From the IMG/VR virus record IMGVR_UViG_3300029544_000001: 64,000 bases of DNA; one strand, written 5' to 3'. Origin of the DNA: a virus. Lineage: Duplodnaviria; Heunggongvirae; Uroviricota; Caudoviricetes. The notes under the pieces are model-generated. The model made no database searches. It saw only the letters and a program-made list of their open reading frames with translations, and was not told the DNA's origin. Of this stretch, positions 1 to 9,397 are shown piece by piece; position 1 is the first letter of the stretch, and the number at the start of each line of letters is the position of its first letter. A program made the position numbers and the translations under genes.

Positions 1-142
1 TTACGTAGCCACATTAAAAATACATAGAAATCGGCCGAAGTGATTCACCCGCATTTCTTTTATTTGGTTGTTAAGTTAGAAAAAACCATATAATGTATTC
101 ATTTTGGAATATGAATAGATGACATATTCTAAAAGAGGCAAG

Positions 143-176
143 GACGTCCGGCTTGTGAAAGCCGGACGTTTTTTTA
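143..176 (+). terminator. Rho-independent terminator: GC hairpin GACGTCCGGC/GCCGGACGT followed by T7
   Basis: 10-bp perfect stem, 8-nt loop, then TTTTTTT on the + strand. Confidence 0.6.
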
Positions 177-217
177 TATCAGTAAGAGAATAAAGTAAGA
201 GAGCTCATGCATTCATG

Positions 218-243
218 AGGGCTCACCCGATAATCATTGGGGG
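218..243. repeat. IS left terminal inverted repeat
   Basis: matches the reverse complement of 1612-1637 at about 21 of 26 positions. Confidence 0.65.
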
Positions 244-1226
244 TATGCATAAATCTTAGCCAGTCTAAAGAGGAAGAATTTCTCATCCACTACTCCTCTT
301 AATGCGGTTCTGAATTGTTTGATTTTCGCATTAAAGGATTCAGCCGCCGCATTAGAGGATCTTTTATTATAAAAGTTAAGAATATCATCATAATGTTCAT
401 AGAAGGTTGCTGCAATTACATTGAAAGCATGAAAGCCTGCCTCTTCCACTTTATTATACCATTTAGCCATACTCAATCTTGCCGCATCTTTGATTGTATT
501 TTTGGCAAGAATCATTCTGAGTGAATGACATAATCCATACGCCTGTCCCAATTCCGGATATTCCTTAAAAAGAATTTTGGCTCTTTGTTTTTGTGCTGGG
601 GTCCATTTTTCGGAGGATTTAAACAGCAGATAGCGGCTTCTTGCCAACAGTTCTTTCTTTGAATCTCCATTTTCATATCTCATAGGCACATATGATTCCC
701 CTTTCTGCTTTGCTTCTTCCATCTCATCATTGGCTTCCTGGATTGCGTCCCAGCGGAGTTTGATACGCATTTCCTGCACTGCATCGCAAGCTAATTTCTG
801 GATGTGGAACCGGTCTATTACACGAGATGCCTTGCGGAAACAGAAGCGGACTATTTTACGCATTGAGTCCGATAAATCAAGTGTCACTTCTTCTACACTG
901 TCCAACAGGTGTTCGGGAATATGGCGTAAAGCCGCTATGACCGTCTCTGACTTCGTCCCTGCAACAATGGCGACAAGGCACATCTCACGACCATGCCTGT
1001 CCCTGTTGGTTACTATTGTATAAAGGTCGCCATTCGACAGGGAAGTCTCGTCAATAGCCAGATTAGGTCCAATGTTCTCAGGAAAGACAAGCCACTCTTC
1101 CGCATGGCTCAACTCTTCCCAATTACGATAACCGCTTAGCACATCCTTGTATTGCTTCTCAAAGGTAGATGCGTCAATATGATAGAAATCATCAAGCGTA
1201 CGGCAGGTCACCGGGGATGTGTCCAT
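234..1226 (-). pseudogene. ISL3-family transposase, C-terminal DDE segment (orfB); frame-shifted relative to orfA at a T6A4 run, so either disrupted or needs a frameshift
   Basis: 330 aa; C-terminal ...NAAAESFNAKIKQFRTALRGV... is typical of ISL3 transposases; combined length ~440 aa matches an intact ISL3 transposase. Confidence 0.6.
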
Positions 1227-1572
1227 ACGTTTCTTTTAAAAAAGCCGCAAACTCCTTGGAGTAGCGGGTGCCTTCGGCGGCTATTTTAAGAGGTAGAATA
1301 AAACTCTTGCCGGTACGAATATCAACCCATTTACGGCGTCGGAGCAAAAGGATTACTTTGTGGTCGCGGATGGGGAAATCGGTGATGGAAACCGCAGGAA
1401 TAAAACCTTTGGATTCAAAGTGAACATCATTACGTAAAGTATCGTACATCTTTTCATCAAGATGAATGTTAATCTCGGTATCGGTACTTTCTACCTTAGT
1501 TATATCAAACGAGGAAAGGACTTCGCTTGGTAGTACTATTTGAGCTAAAGATATTAATGCTGCTTCTGTCAT
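1192..1572 (-). CDS. ISL3-family transposase, N-terminal segment (orfA; zinc-finger/HTH region)
   Basis: 126-aa ORF directly upstream of the DDE part and overlapping it by 35 nt in another frame. Confidence 0.6.
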   Translation of the reverse strand: MTEAALISLAQIVLPSEVLSSFDITKVESTDTEINIHLDEKMYDTLRNDVHFESKGFIPAVSITDFPIRDHKVILLLRRRKWVDIRTGKSFILPLKIAAEGTRYSKEFAAFLKETYGHIPGDLPYA

Positions 1573-1611
1573 ATTACAAAAGTAATCACTTTAAAGAAAG
1601 CTACAAATAGT

Positions 1612-1637
1612 TACCCCCAAGAAATTGCGGGTGAGCC
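1612..1637. repeat. IS right terminal inverted repeat
   Basis: see IRL at 218-243. Confidence 0.65.
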
Positions 1638-1928
1638 GTTTTCGGACTGACCCATTATTCCTTGATTTTCAGGCGGGCACTTGATATACAAAAAAAGAGG
1701 CAACCTTAGTTACCTCTTTTTTGTACACCCTCAGGGGGTAAAATTGATGTTGATAGTCAGATAATTATACATTTGGTATCATTTTAGTATCACATCCCAA
1801 TATTTCAATTCATCTACATTACCAACCATAGGTTAATAAATGTAGGATAGACTCACTTGTTTTATGTTTCAAAGATACAAAAGTTTTTAGACTATATAGA
1901 TTTAATTAGAGATTTTATTTTCGCTCTT

Positions 1929-2420
1929 CTAAGTATTTTCATCGGTCATACTATTTTGAATAACATCTGATATTTGTTGGAGGGAGTCAACAGATAACTG
2001 AAAAAGGTCTACTGACTTTATCTTGGTTATAAGTTGTTTCTTTCTTATCATTTCATAATATTGCTTTTTCAGACTTTCAGTAAGTACTGAAATGTAACTA
2101 CTACCCCATGTATCTGCCGGTATCTGACGACCATTTTGCTTTCTAAACTTTTCGGTTCCACAAATGATAGTAGTTGGAGTAACACGGTCTACTTTGAGTA
2201 TTTTTGAATAATAACGAGAATTATAATACACTTCATCTCCCGCTTCTATCTCATCCAGTGATTTTTTCATTTTCTGTTTTCTTATAAATGATTCGTAATG
2301 TTTACAAGGTTTCTTTCTGGCTGTAATTCGTCTTTTTAAGACTTTGCAATACATATAGAAATTCGTACATATCTCATAATGTTTACACTCGCTACAATGC
2401 CTATCATCATCTTCTTTCAT
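1929..2420 (-). CDS. hypothetical Cys-rich protein
   Basis: 163-aa ORF, CxxC pairs near the N-terminus. Confidence 0.4.
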   Translation of the reverse strand: MKEDDDRHCSECKHYEICTNFYMYCKVLKRRITARKKPCKHYESFIRKQKMKKSLDEIEAGDEVYYNSRYYSKILKVDRVTPTTIICGTEKFRKQNGRQIPADTWGSSYISVLTESLKKQYYEMIRKKQLITKIKSVDLFQLSVDSLQQISDVIQNSMTDENT

Positions 2421-2425
2421 ATCTT

Positions 2426-2947
2426 TTATTTCAGATATTCTTTATTAAAATGATGATTTTTAGTGAGCCATTCTATCATAGACACACAGCATTCAATTGG
2501 AGTATCCTCGATATGTGTTCCAACCAAACAATCTGCTGTATATCTCCGAATTGACAGATTATACCCCAAAGCATGTTTTATCAGTTCTGGATGATGTGCT
2601 TCAAATCCTGGTTTAGGATCTGGAACTTCATTAGGCAGCATTTCCAACAGTCTCGATAAGCTCCATGCTGGAATATCCCTACCCCATATTTCATCAAACG
2701 CTTCTTCTCCGGTCATAGGCGTTCCATCCGGATGCTTATGAAAAGGCAATTCTAACTTTGCTATTCTTTGAGGTGTCCAAAATTTGCCTCTCAATGTTGG
2801 TGGAGTTGGTTTTAATTCCCATTCTAATGCAGGTACTTTACTTTTGGTATAATGATACACCATATCGGCCGTTTCTAATTTCAATCCTAAAGAAAGCAAT
2901 CTTTCCGATTGCTTATGGGTAGTACATATTTGTGATTCAAAGTTCAT
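2426..2947 (-). CDS. hypothetical protein; paralog of 14604..15038
   Basis: shared motifs ETAD.VY, LEWEL, IPAWSL.RLLE.LP, HHPELIK, GTHIE, CVSMI.WL, KEYL. Confidence 0.55.
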   Translation of the reverse strand: MNFESQICTTHKQSERLLSLGLKLETADMVYHYTKSKVPALEWELKPTPPTLRGKFWTPQRIAKLELPFHKHPDGTPMTGEEAFDEIWGRDIPAWSLSRLLEMLPNEVPDPKPGFEAHHPELIKHALGYNLSIRRYTADCLVGTHIEDTPIECCVSMIEWLTKNHHFNKEYLK

Positions 2948-3018
2948 TTTTTGTTCCTTTTATTTTTAGTTTTCTATATAATGATTACCTTTGTAGTTCT
3001 AATTAAATCTGATAAATT

Positions 3019-3216
3019 ATGAAGAGTCGATATTCTTTATTCATCTCCGCTTGTAAAGGAGCTGATTCGCAAGGTAAATTTGTTTACCTGCATGGAAGAG
3101 GAGAGTTCTCTGGTGCGCGTGGTGCATATAATTACTGTAAACGCACAGGAGATAAGGTTGGCGAATTAGCCATATATAATTGTGTGGTTAACCGTAAAGG
3201 AAAAAAAGTTTATTAA
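3019..3216 (+). CDS. small hypothetical protein (65 aa) with its own terminator
   Basis: ORF followed by hairpin TGGACCGGAAAATTTTCCGGTCCA plus T-run at 3221-3250. Confidence 0.4.
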   Translation: MKSRYSLFISACKGADSQGKFVYLHGRGEFSGARGAYNYCKRTGDKVGELAIYNCVVNRKGKKVY

Positions 3217-3220
3217 TCTA

Positions 3221-3250
3221 TGGACCGGAAAATTTTCCGGTCCATTTTAT
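3221..3250 (+). terminator. Rho-independent terminator
   Basis: 10-bp perfect palindrome followed by TTTTATT. Confidence 0.6.
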
Positions 3251-3258
3251 TATTTTAA

Positions 3259-3975
3259 TCATTTTACAATCTCCCAATCTTCGGCAAACACATCACTGAT
3301 GGATGGAACCCACGAATCAGCACGACCAGTATTCTCGTTGTAAATAAGGCACTGGCTTGTATAGTCAATGAAACCCTTGCCTTTTAAAATAAGGTCTTTT
3401 GCCGATTGATGAAGTGACTGCATCTTCGGAACAATATCGCTTTCGATGTGTGCCGGGACTTGCTTGATGACCCACAACCCCTTTCCATTCCAACCTTTTC
3501 TACGAATAGCAAGACCAAATTTCAACGCTTCGATTGCAACTCCGAAAGACATCCGATTAAACGGAGCGTTAGGAGCACCGTCAAGACATCCAATACGACA
3601 TTCAAGTGTTTTCACGTAATTACCCATCACTACTTGCTGTAAACGTAACAAGAATTTTTGGTAGTTGTCTGTTACCACTTCATCCATCTTTCCAGAATCA
3701 ATGAAAGCAACAAGTTTATCCAACTTATCATACAAGTCTTTCATCTCAATGTGCAAACGATCAAGAAAGGTATCTGCATACTTGTAATATTTCTCAAACG
3801 GTTCGGCAGGCAACCAACTTCTGTAACCATCTTCACCTTTAACATAATAACCTTGCTCTGTTTCTTCATGGTTCTCAATGTCCTTACCATAGGGATTTCT
3901 ACCTGTTTTTTGAACGAAACTGCCCAATGTCATAGGTTCGGCTTCAATCTGTCTTGTTCCAATATACTTTTTCAT
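3259..3975 (-). CDS. phage protein with C-terminal DUF2829-like module (M.FG.A.EALK.G..IRRKGW...)
   Basis: 238 aa; C-terminal motif MSFGVAIEALKFGLAIRRKGWNGKGLWV recognised by eye. Confidence 0.4.
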   Translation of the reverse strand: MKKYIGTRQIEAEPMTLGSFVQKTGRNPYGKDIENHEETEQGYYVKGEDGYRSWLPAEPFEKYYKYADTFLDRLHIEMKDLYDKLDKLVAFIDSGKMDEVVTDNYQKFLLRLQQVVMGNYVKTLECRIGCLDGAPNAPFNRMSFGVAIEALKFGLAIRRKGWNGKGLWVIKQVPAHIESDIVPKMQSLHQSAKDLILKGKGFIDYTSQCLIYNENTGRADSWVPSISDVFAEDWEIVK

Positions 3976-3995
3976 AATTGTTTTTTCAGTTTCTA

Positions 3996-4193
3996 TTAAT
4001 AGTATTTGCGGAAAAATACTATTTGTGACGTTATGAACGAAAATAGAAATGTTAAAGCTATGCAGTAATTAGGAAGACCAAGCCAGCTAACAAATTCTGT
4101 GAGTGTACAAGCTATTGCCCATATACATAAGGCAATAACAGTTCCTTTTAATTCAATATAAAGTTTATCCATAATTATTTTACTTAAACACAT
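3996..4193 (-). CDS. small membrane protein (65 aa), uncertain
   Basis: hydrophobic ORF overlapping the next gene start by 14 nt. Confidence 0.25.
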   Translation of the reverse strand: MCLSKIIMDKLYIELKGTVIALCIWAIACTLTEFVSWLGLPNYCIALTFLFSFITSQIVFFRKYY

Positions 4194-4725
4194 TTAGAAA
4201 TGCCTTAATTGTCTGGCGCATATCATACACACACTGTGGAACAATGTCCTTTTCTGGAAGGCTATCAGCAAGTATCATATCACGCACCATAGTTGCTGAC
4301 ACGCCATCTTCACAAGTGTTTCTGGCAAGTAAAGATAGAGACACGTTATTCCTTAAAAGGAATCCTGGAAACCAAGATGTGATGGTCTCAAATCCATCAG
4401 AGTAATAGATTGTGAAATCAGATTGGTTGATTTTGCTAACAATAAACGAATAAAGATAAAAACCCCAATCGTGGCTGTTGTCAGATTCATCAGAAAGGTC
4501 AGCAAGCTCAACAATCTTCGTTTTTTCGTGAAGAGAATGGTCTTTAATCGCCTTTTCAACAAGTTGTTTTCGGATAGTCCAAGGTATCGGATTCCGTTTT
4601 GAGAGTTTATCTATTGAGCCAATAATAACTAAAACTTGCTCATTCTCGTCACAAGCCTTCTTTATCAGCTGTAGGTGTCCATTGTGTATAGGCTGGAACC
4701 GAGCCAATATTACTCCAGTTTTCAT
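4180..4725 (-). CDS. nadM: nicotinamide-nucleotide adenylyltransferase, NadM-type (nucleotidyltransferase HxGH superfamily)
   Basis: N-terminal ARFQPIHNGHL matches the archaeal/bacterial NMNAT GRFQPFHKGH motif; C-terminal GVSATMVRDMI matches the ISST..R-type motif; 181 aa. Confidence 0.65.
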   Translation of the reverse strand: MKTGVILARFQPIHNGHLQLIKKACDENEQVLVIIGSIDKLSKRNPIPWTIRKQLVEKAIKDHSLHEKTKIVELADLSDESDNSHDWGFYLYSFIVSKINQSDFTIYYSDGFETITSWFPGFLLRNNVSLSLLARNTCEDGVSATMVRDMILADSLPEKDIVPQCVYDMRQTIKAFLNVFK

Positions 4726-5152
4726 AATTACTATTTTTATCGAAAATAATTAGTTACTACTTCCATTTCTGGACACTTTAAGTTGATTGTTCACAACTCT
4801 ATTAGGATAATTTGTTGAGGAAGCAGGGAGAGTCGAAGACCCAGCCACTTTATAGCAGGACATTAACAGTGTGTTACTTTCATTTACCCATACTTCCTTT
4901 ACAAATGACAGCTTTTTGAGCAAAATATTTACCTTTGCAAGCAATATGACTAAACCTACGGGTAAATCGAATCATTTTAGCCAAGAGCGAAGAGACAATA
5001 TAGTTGCAATCAGTGTTGTCCTTCAGACAGTTATAGCTGTCATATCTCTTTTGATTCAACTTTGCGAATAGCCGCTGTCATTTTGATTTCACAACCATAT
5101 TAGCCCTATGGTTGTCATCTTTGGGGAGTAATTTCAACTCCCCATTTTTATG

Positions 5153-5223
5153 AGGCCCATGCAGGAATCGAACCTGCGATCATGGTTTTGCAGACCATTG
5201 CCTTACCACTTGGCTAATGAACC
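5153..5223 (-). tRNA. tRNA-Cys (GCA)
   Basis: 71 nt; acceptor GGTTCAT/ATGGGCC (two GU pairs), anticodon loop CTGCAAA, T-arm GCAGGTTCGATTCCTGC. Confidence 0.85.
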
Positions 5224-5306
5224 AGATAGCTGGAAGTTTCACAACTTCACAGCTTCGCGGAAAGAAAAATAAGCTAATCCAATAACAATCTTTTTAACCT
5301 TAAATG

Positions 5307-5378
5307 CGCTCTTAGATGGATTTGAACCACCGACCTGATGATTAACAGTCATCTGCTCTACCACTAAGCTATAAGAGC
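5307..5378 (-). tRNA. tRNA-Asn (GTT)
   Basis: 72 nt; acceptor GCTCTTA/TAAGAGC, anticodon loop CTGTTAA, T-arm GGTGGTTCAAATCCATC. Confidence 0.85.
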
Positions 5379-5423
5379 AAATGATGTCTTTATCTCCCTA
5401 ACCGACCCATCCCCTTTCGGCGA

Positions 5424-5447
5424 TGGTGGAGGAATCGAACACTCCCA
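5424..5447 (-). other. tRNA-like fragment: T-arm-like hairpin GGGAGTGTTCGATTCCTCC followed by ACCA; no complete cloverleaf could be folded
   Basis: GGTTCGATTCC-type T-loop motif without recognisable D or anticodon arms. Confidence 0.3.
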
Positions 5448-5470
5448 TAAAGACATCTAACATACCGATT

Positions 5471-5920
5471 CTACCAACAGCTCGGTATCACACTCCCGGA
5501 CCAACGATTCCGGACAGGGCTTAGTTTACTTGTATATTGACTTGTCTCAACATAACCTGCATGTTCGTTCCCTTGTACTTCGGGCTTGTTGTACTCGGTA
5601 ATGGAGTCGAACCATTCTTTTCTGCTCGAAAGGCAGATGTCCTTTCCGATAGACGAACCGAGCAAACAGCCGGATTTTTCACCGGCTTTTGGCCAAAAAG
5701 TTTTAACTTTGCAGCCGTAATGGAAATTTATTTGCTGTTGCTTGTCCTCCTTGTACGGGAAATTCGCGCCCTCGTAAAGGAAATCAAAAGACGATAAGCC
5801 GTCCGTAGGACGTAAAAACAACAATTGAGCTTTCTTGCCATTTGGAATGTGAAATACGATCGGTTCACAGGCATTCAAGCATTTTACATAATTTCCATCC
5901 AGAGGAATAAAGGGGTGCAA
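5471..5920 (-). CDS. hypothetical protein (149 aa), uncertain
   Basis: ORF with non-repetitive composition between tRNA genes. Confidence 0.3.
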   Translation of the reverse strand: MHPFIPLDGNYVKCLNACEPIVFHIPNGKKAQLLFLRPTDGLSSFDFLYEGANFPYKEDKQQQINFHYGCKVKTFWPKAGEKSGCLLGSSIGKDICLSSRKEWFDSITEYNKPEVQGNEHAGYVETSQYTSKLSPVRNRWSGSVIPSCW

Positions 5921-6028
5921 AACATTTTTCCAAGATGTTTCTTAACAACCCATGCAGCCATCCCAGCGAAACCAAAGTTGGAAACTACATGGATCGCACC
6001 CCTCCTCTTTCCAATTTATTTATGAGTT

Positions 6029-6820
6029 TTAATTCGTCATCTTCAGAAATTCTGGAATTACCCCATACAGCGGTGTTTTTCCGTCCCATTTATCAATAAA
6101 CTGTTTATATAGAATTTCTTTAGTTAACCCTTTCGATGTGATAAGAGCCTGTTCGGTTTTTAATCTTTCCAGTTCGTTTTGCTTTTTCTGCTCTTCGATT
6201 TTCTGATCAATAACGGAAATATTAGTGTTAACCTCGTTTCTATTATCAATCTTTTCCCGGACTCGATCGCTAAATTCTAATTGGGCTGAAAATGACTTCA
6301 GGTCCAATCCTCTATCTTTAAATTCCGCCCTAACAATATCCTCCAGCTTCTTCTCAAAAGCTAAAGAACCCCCATCAGCCATAAGTGTATCTGTTTTATA
6401 TTTCCGGCTTTCTTCTTTAATAAGGTCGTAAATACGTGGTTCCAGAATATTGTCTTCCAAAGATCTCATAAATCCATCTCCGTTTCCGATATGTTTATTA
6501 TCAAAAACAACGTCAATTGCCTTGTCTTTGATAACTCTATATGAGTATAACGGAGTAGCATTGAACTCTGTATTGTCAGCAGCTTTTAGGGTAACTGATT
6601 TCTGAAATCCTCCACGCTGTTCAAACAATGGCACCTGAAACAACTCTGTTCCCCATTCCCATGTGGAAACTTTTCCGGATACAATCTTAAAATCTTCTTT
6701 ACCTTCCTTACCATAATTCTCCATAAGGACACCGGCATAGTTAGGAGCAACACGCTCACAAGATGAAAAAATCACTGTTGCCATAAGAGCAACCAACATA
6801 AACTTAATCTTCGTTTTCAT
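6029..6820 (-). CDS. lipoprotein (signal peptide + lipobox VIFSSC) with coiled-coil C-terminal half
   Basis: N-terminal MKTKIKFMLVALMATVIFSSC; 263 aa. Confidence 0.55.
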   Translation of the reverse strand: MKTKIKFMLVALMATVIFSSCERVAPNYAGVLMENYGKEGKEDFKIVSGKVSTWEWGTELFQVPLFEQRGGFQKSVTLKAADNTEFNATPLYSYRVIKDKAIDVVFDNKHIGNGDGFMRSLEDNILEPRIYDLIKEESRKYKTDTLMADGGSLAFEKKLEDIVRAEFKDRGLDLKSFSAQLEFSDRVREKIDNRNEVNTNISVIDQKIEEQKKQNELERLKTEQALITSKGLTKEILYKQFIDKWDGKTPLYGVIPEFLKMTN

Positions 6821-7025
6821 GTTTTTTGATAATTAATTTAATGATGTTAATAACTGGATAGCAAACCCCAAAACATATAGCAATTCCCAACCAAGCGTCA
6901 ACATGATTGAATACTCTATTGCCTATGAATAAGACCGCTATCATAAAAAAGAATTGTTCTATATACTTTTTCATCGCATATTAAGTTTGGTATATTTCAA
7001 AGAACTCTTATTGACTTATGTCATT

Positions 7026-7111
7026 GTGCCGCAAACAGGAGTCGAACCTGCATTATCCATTCGGACAAATGGATTTTAAGTCCATCGTGTCTACCAATTC
7101 CACCATTGCGG
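7026..7111 (-). tRNA. tRNA-Leu (TAA), long variable arm
   Basis: 86 nt; acceptor GCCGCAA/TTGCGGC, anticodon loop CTTAAAA, T-arm GCAGGTTCGACTCCTGT. Confidence 0.85.
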
Positions 7112-7362
7112 CATCATCTTATCAAGCCTTAAAGAACAAAGAAAAAATCCGGATAAAGAATGAGTTTCGGGTTTTCATCTTCTCCAACTCTTTATTGTCT
7201 TTTCTCAATTTCTTAATGTCTGCTTTATTGGAAGACACGTGTGTTTTAGCTCTCGTATTCAACTCCACTAAGGACTGAACCAATTGTCTCAAATTGGCAA
7301 TAATATTTGCCCTTTCAGATATGATTTGCTCTTTCATACTATAATTAATTTAATTAGTTAGT

Positions 7363-7435
7363 GGCGGAGAGCCGGACTCGAACCGGCGACCTCTTGGTTA
7401 TGAGCCAAGCGAGCTACCAACTGCTCCATCCCGCT
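7363..7435 (-). tRNA. tRNA-Met (CAT) with defective acceptor stem (5' AGCGGGA versus 3' TCTCCGC); possible pseudogene or 1-nt indel
   Basis: D-arm, anticodon arm (CTTGG-CTCATAA-CCAAG) and T-arm (GCCGG-TTCGAGT-CCGGC) are canonical; only 4 of 7 acceptor pairs form; restoring GCGGAGA would give 7 of 7. Confidence 0.6.
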
Positions 7436-7720
7436 ATGTAACGGCTATTTATGACTAAGTATCTTAACAGCCGTTAGTTGACAGAATTTTGAAAAACTGT
7501 CCTACTTTGAAAGATTCTTCTTACCTTTGCGAATATATGCCAATCGCATGGGTGCTGATTGCCTTTACAATGAGAAAATGCCTACGAATAAGAGTGGATT
7601 TCGATGTAGCCGCATCGTTAAAATCTATCGCTGACATTATCTGGGCTTTCAGAGGAAGAAAGACTTCCAACAAATGATGATTTGTATATCTCAATCCTCC
7701 AGTTCTCTTGCTGGAGGGTT

Positions 7721-8119
7721 TTATTTGTTTCCAAAATCAGCAGGGGTCTCACCCCATTCTTTGTTGTTCCAGTGTCGGACTTCAATTGTATCAACATCCC
7801 ATGCAAGAGTTTTAAGAAATATCTCGGCTTTCTGAAGTTCTTTGCATTTCTTCTTGGATGCTGTTTTTTTGTTTTGAAACCAAGCTATAGCTGTTATACT
7901 ATCTGTATAGATAATTCTGGGAGAATAATCATTTTCTATGATATATTTTGCTGCTTCAACAACACCTAAGAACTCACCAATATTCACCGTTTTATTACCC
8001 AGGTTCTGATAAAAGATCCGCTTACCGGTCCGTAAATCTATCCCCTGAAACTCTGTTATTTTATTTTTCGTGGAATGAGCTGCGTCTGTAGCTATTCCCT
8101 CTACTGGAATTTCTATCAT
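7721..8119 (-). CDS. RNase H (RNase HI-like)
   Basis: IATDAA (Asp), GNKTVNIGEFLGVVEAAKY (Glu), IYTDS (Asp), HWNNKEWGETPAD (His/Asp) motifs in canonical order. Confidence 0.65.
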   Translation of the reverse strand: MIEIPVEGIATDAAHSTKNKITEFQGIDLRTGKRIFYQNLGNKTVNIGEFLGVVEAAKYIIENDYSPRIIYTDSITAIAWFQNKKTASKKKCKELQKAEIFLKTLAWDVDTIEVRHWNNKEWGETPADFGNK

Positions 8120-8122
8120 ATT

Positions 8123-8362
8123 CTACCAATATTGAGCGGGTGTGGGAATAAGAGCCACAGCACCATTTATCATTACCGGTTTTATTTCTACTGTCGAATT
8201 AACCCAAAATTTACAAGGCCACTCTCCTTCTACTTTAGCAAGATTAACAGTGCTATAATACGAAGCACGTCCTTGTGCTTTTATACAAGCCTTTTTTCTT
8301 TTTCTCGGAAGCTTAGGTTTTCTACTTTTTGAGAACTTTTTTTGCTGCGACATAATGACCAT
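8123..8362 (-). CDS. small basic hypothetical protein, uncertain
   Basis: 79-aa ORF abutting the RNase H start. Confidence 0.25.
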   Translation of the reverse strand: MVIMSQQKKFSKSRKPKLPRKRKKACIKAQGRASYYSTVNLAKVEGEWPCKFWVNSTVEIKPVMINGAVALIPTPAQYW

Positions 8363-8888
8363 CGTTCTGGAATGCGGTTAATACAATGTTTGCTGACTTA
8401 CAGAAATCATCAATTACCAGCAATAGATTTTTGATGTCTTTACGTTTTGACAGTTCCTCTACAACCCCATCAATAGTACGAACAGAATCTTTGACCCCAT
8501 CCAGCGGATCGTATTTGATTGTCTTGTTTCCGAACTTTACTTCCACTAAATACACAGCGTTCTTTACAACTGTAGAAGTAATCTTTGCATCAAAAGCATG
8601 TGGTTCCGCTGCTACAACGATGTATCCAGCCTTTTCATTTTTCATAGGAACCATTTGTACATCATAAAGCACATTCGGCTCAATAATTGGCTCTAGCTCA
8701 TGTGTTACAATACATACTTTTTTAGGACCCTTTGCGTCTTCTCTAACGCCCTTAATGTAACCGGTTTTAGTATTGATAGAAACAAATCCTACCCATGACT
8801 CTGTACGGTCTGACTTAATAAATTTCAATTTTGTTTTTATCTTATCCATATTCCTATGATTTTTGTTTACATATAAAAGCCTCACCAA
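8322..8888 (-). CDS. hypothetical protein
   Basis: 188-aa ORF. Confidence 0.4.
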   Translation of the reverse strand: MVRLLYVNKNHRNMDKIKTKLKFIKSDRTESWVGFVSINTKTGYIKGVREDAKGPKKVCIVTHELEPIIEPNVLYDVQMVPMKNEKAGYIVVAAEPHAFDAKITSTVVKNAVYLVEVKFGNKTIKYDPLDGVKDSVRTIDGVVEELSKRKDIKNLLLVIDDFCKSANIVLTAFQNDGHYVAAKKVLKK

Positions 8889-9076
8889 CTATTTTGTTAA
8901 GATGGTGAGGCAAAGGTACGACTTTGTTTTAAATTATGACATCAATTTATTAATTATTTTATATTTAATCAACTGTCACACAACAAATTAGCTATATATA
9001 AAACTAAATATAATACTTAATATAATTGACTATATTACAGATATTTACAAAAATCACTATTAGTATATCGAAAATG

Positions 9077-9394
9077 TCAATAATCAGCTTCAATATCATC
9101 CAAAATTTGTTTCACTTTTGGTATTGCGAATACCCCATTTTCATCTCGATATTCTATAGTCTTAACCGAGATACCAATCTGTACAAGGAACAACAAGGTG
9201 TTTTCAAGTTCATAATCCGGGAAACTACAGAATTTCACGCCTTCTTGCAGATATACTGGGAGATTCAGTACTGCCCCCAGTTGAATAGCATCATCTTCAT
9301 AAGCCTCAAAATGAGATTGGATATGAAATAATACTAAACCATGTGCGTAGTCATTCTTATAGAACTTATACGCTTCAATGTACAGATTGTCCAT
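9077..9394 (-). CDS. hypothetical protein
   Basis: 105-aa ORF in leftward operon. Confidence 0.4.
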   Translation of the reverse strand: MDNLYIEAYKFYKNDYAHGLVLFHIQSHFEAYEDDAIQLGAVLNLPVYLQEGVKFCSFPDYELENTLLFLVQIGISVKTIEYRDENGVFAIPKVKQILDDIEADY

Positions 9395-9397
9395 AAT

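Larger units (their letters stand above)
218..1637 (-). mobile_element. ISL3-family insertion sequence (~1.42 kb) with imperfect ~26-bp terminal inverted repeats
   Basis: IRL GGCTCACCCGATAATCATTGGGGGTA at 218-243; IRR reverse complement GGCTCACCCGCAATTTCTTGGGGGTA at 1612-1637; ISL3-type transposase inside. Confidence 0.7.

Noticed and set aside
315-1023. Plus-strand ORFs 315..524 and 730..1023 inside the transposase gene
   Set aside because: They lie antisense within a recognisable transposase coding region and have low-complexity composition.
5380-5530. Fifth tRNA or tmRNA between tRNA-Asn and ORF 5471..5920
   Set aside because: A T-arm-like hairpin plus ACCA is present, but no acceptor, D or anticodon arm could be folded, and 130 nt is far too short for a tmRNA. 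Kept only as a tRNA-like fragment.
7363-7435. Chimeric tRNA-Met created by prophage integration (att site)
   Set aside because: The acceptor mismatch is fully explained by a single missing A in the 5' strand, a simpler explanation than a recombination junction. No integrase lies adjacent.
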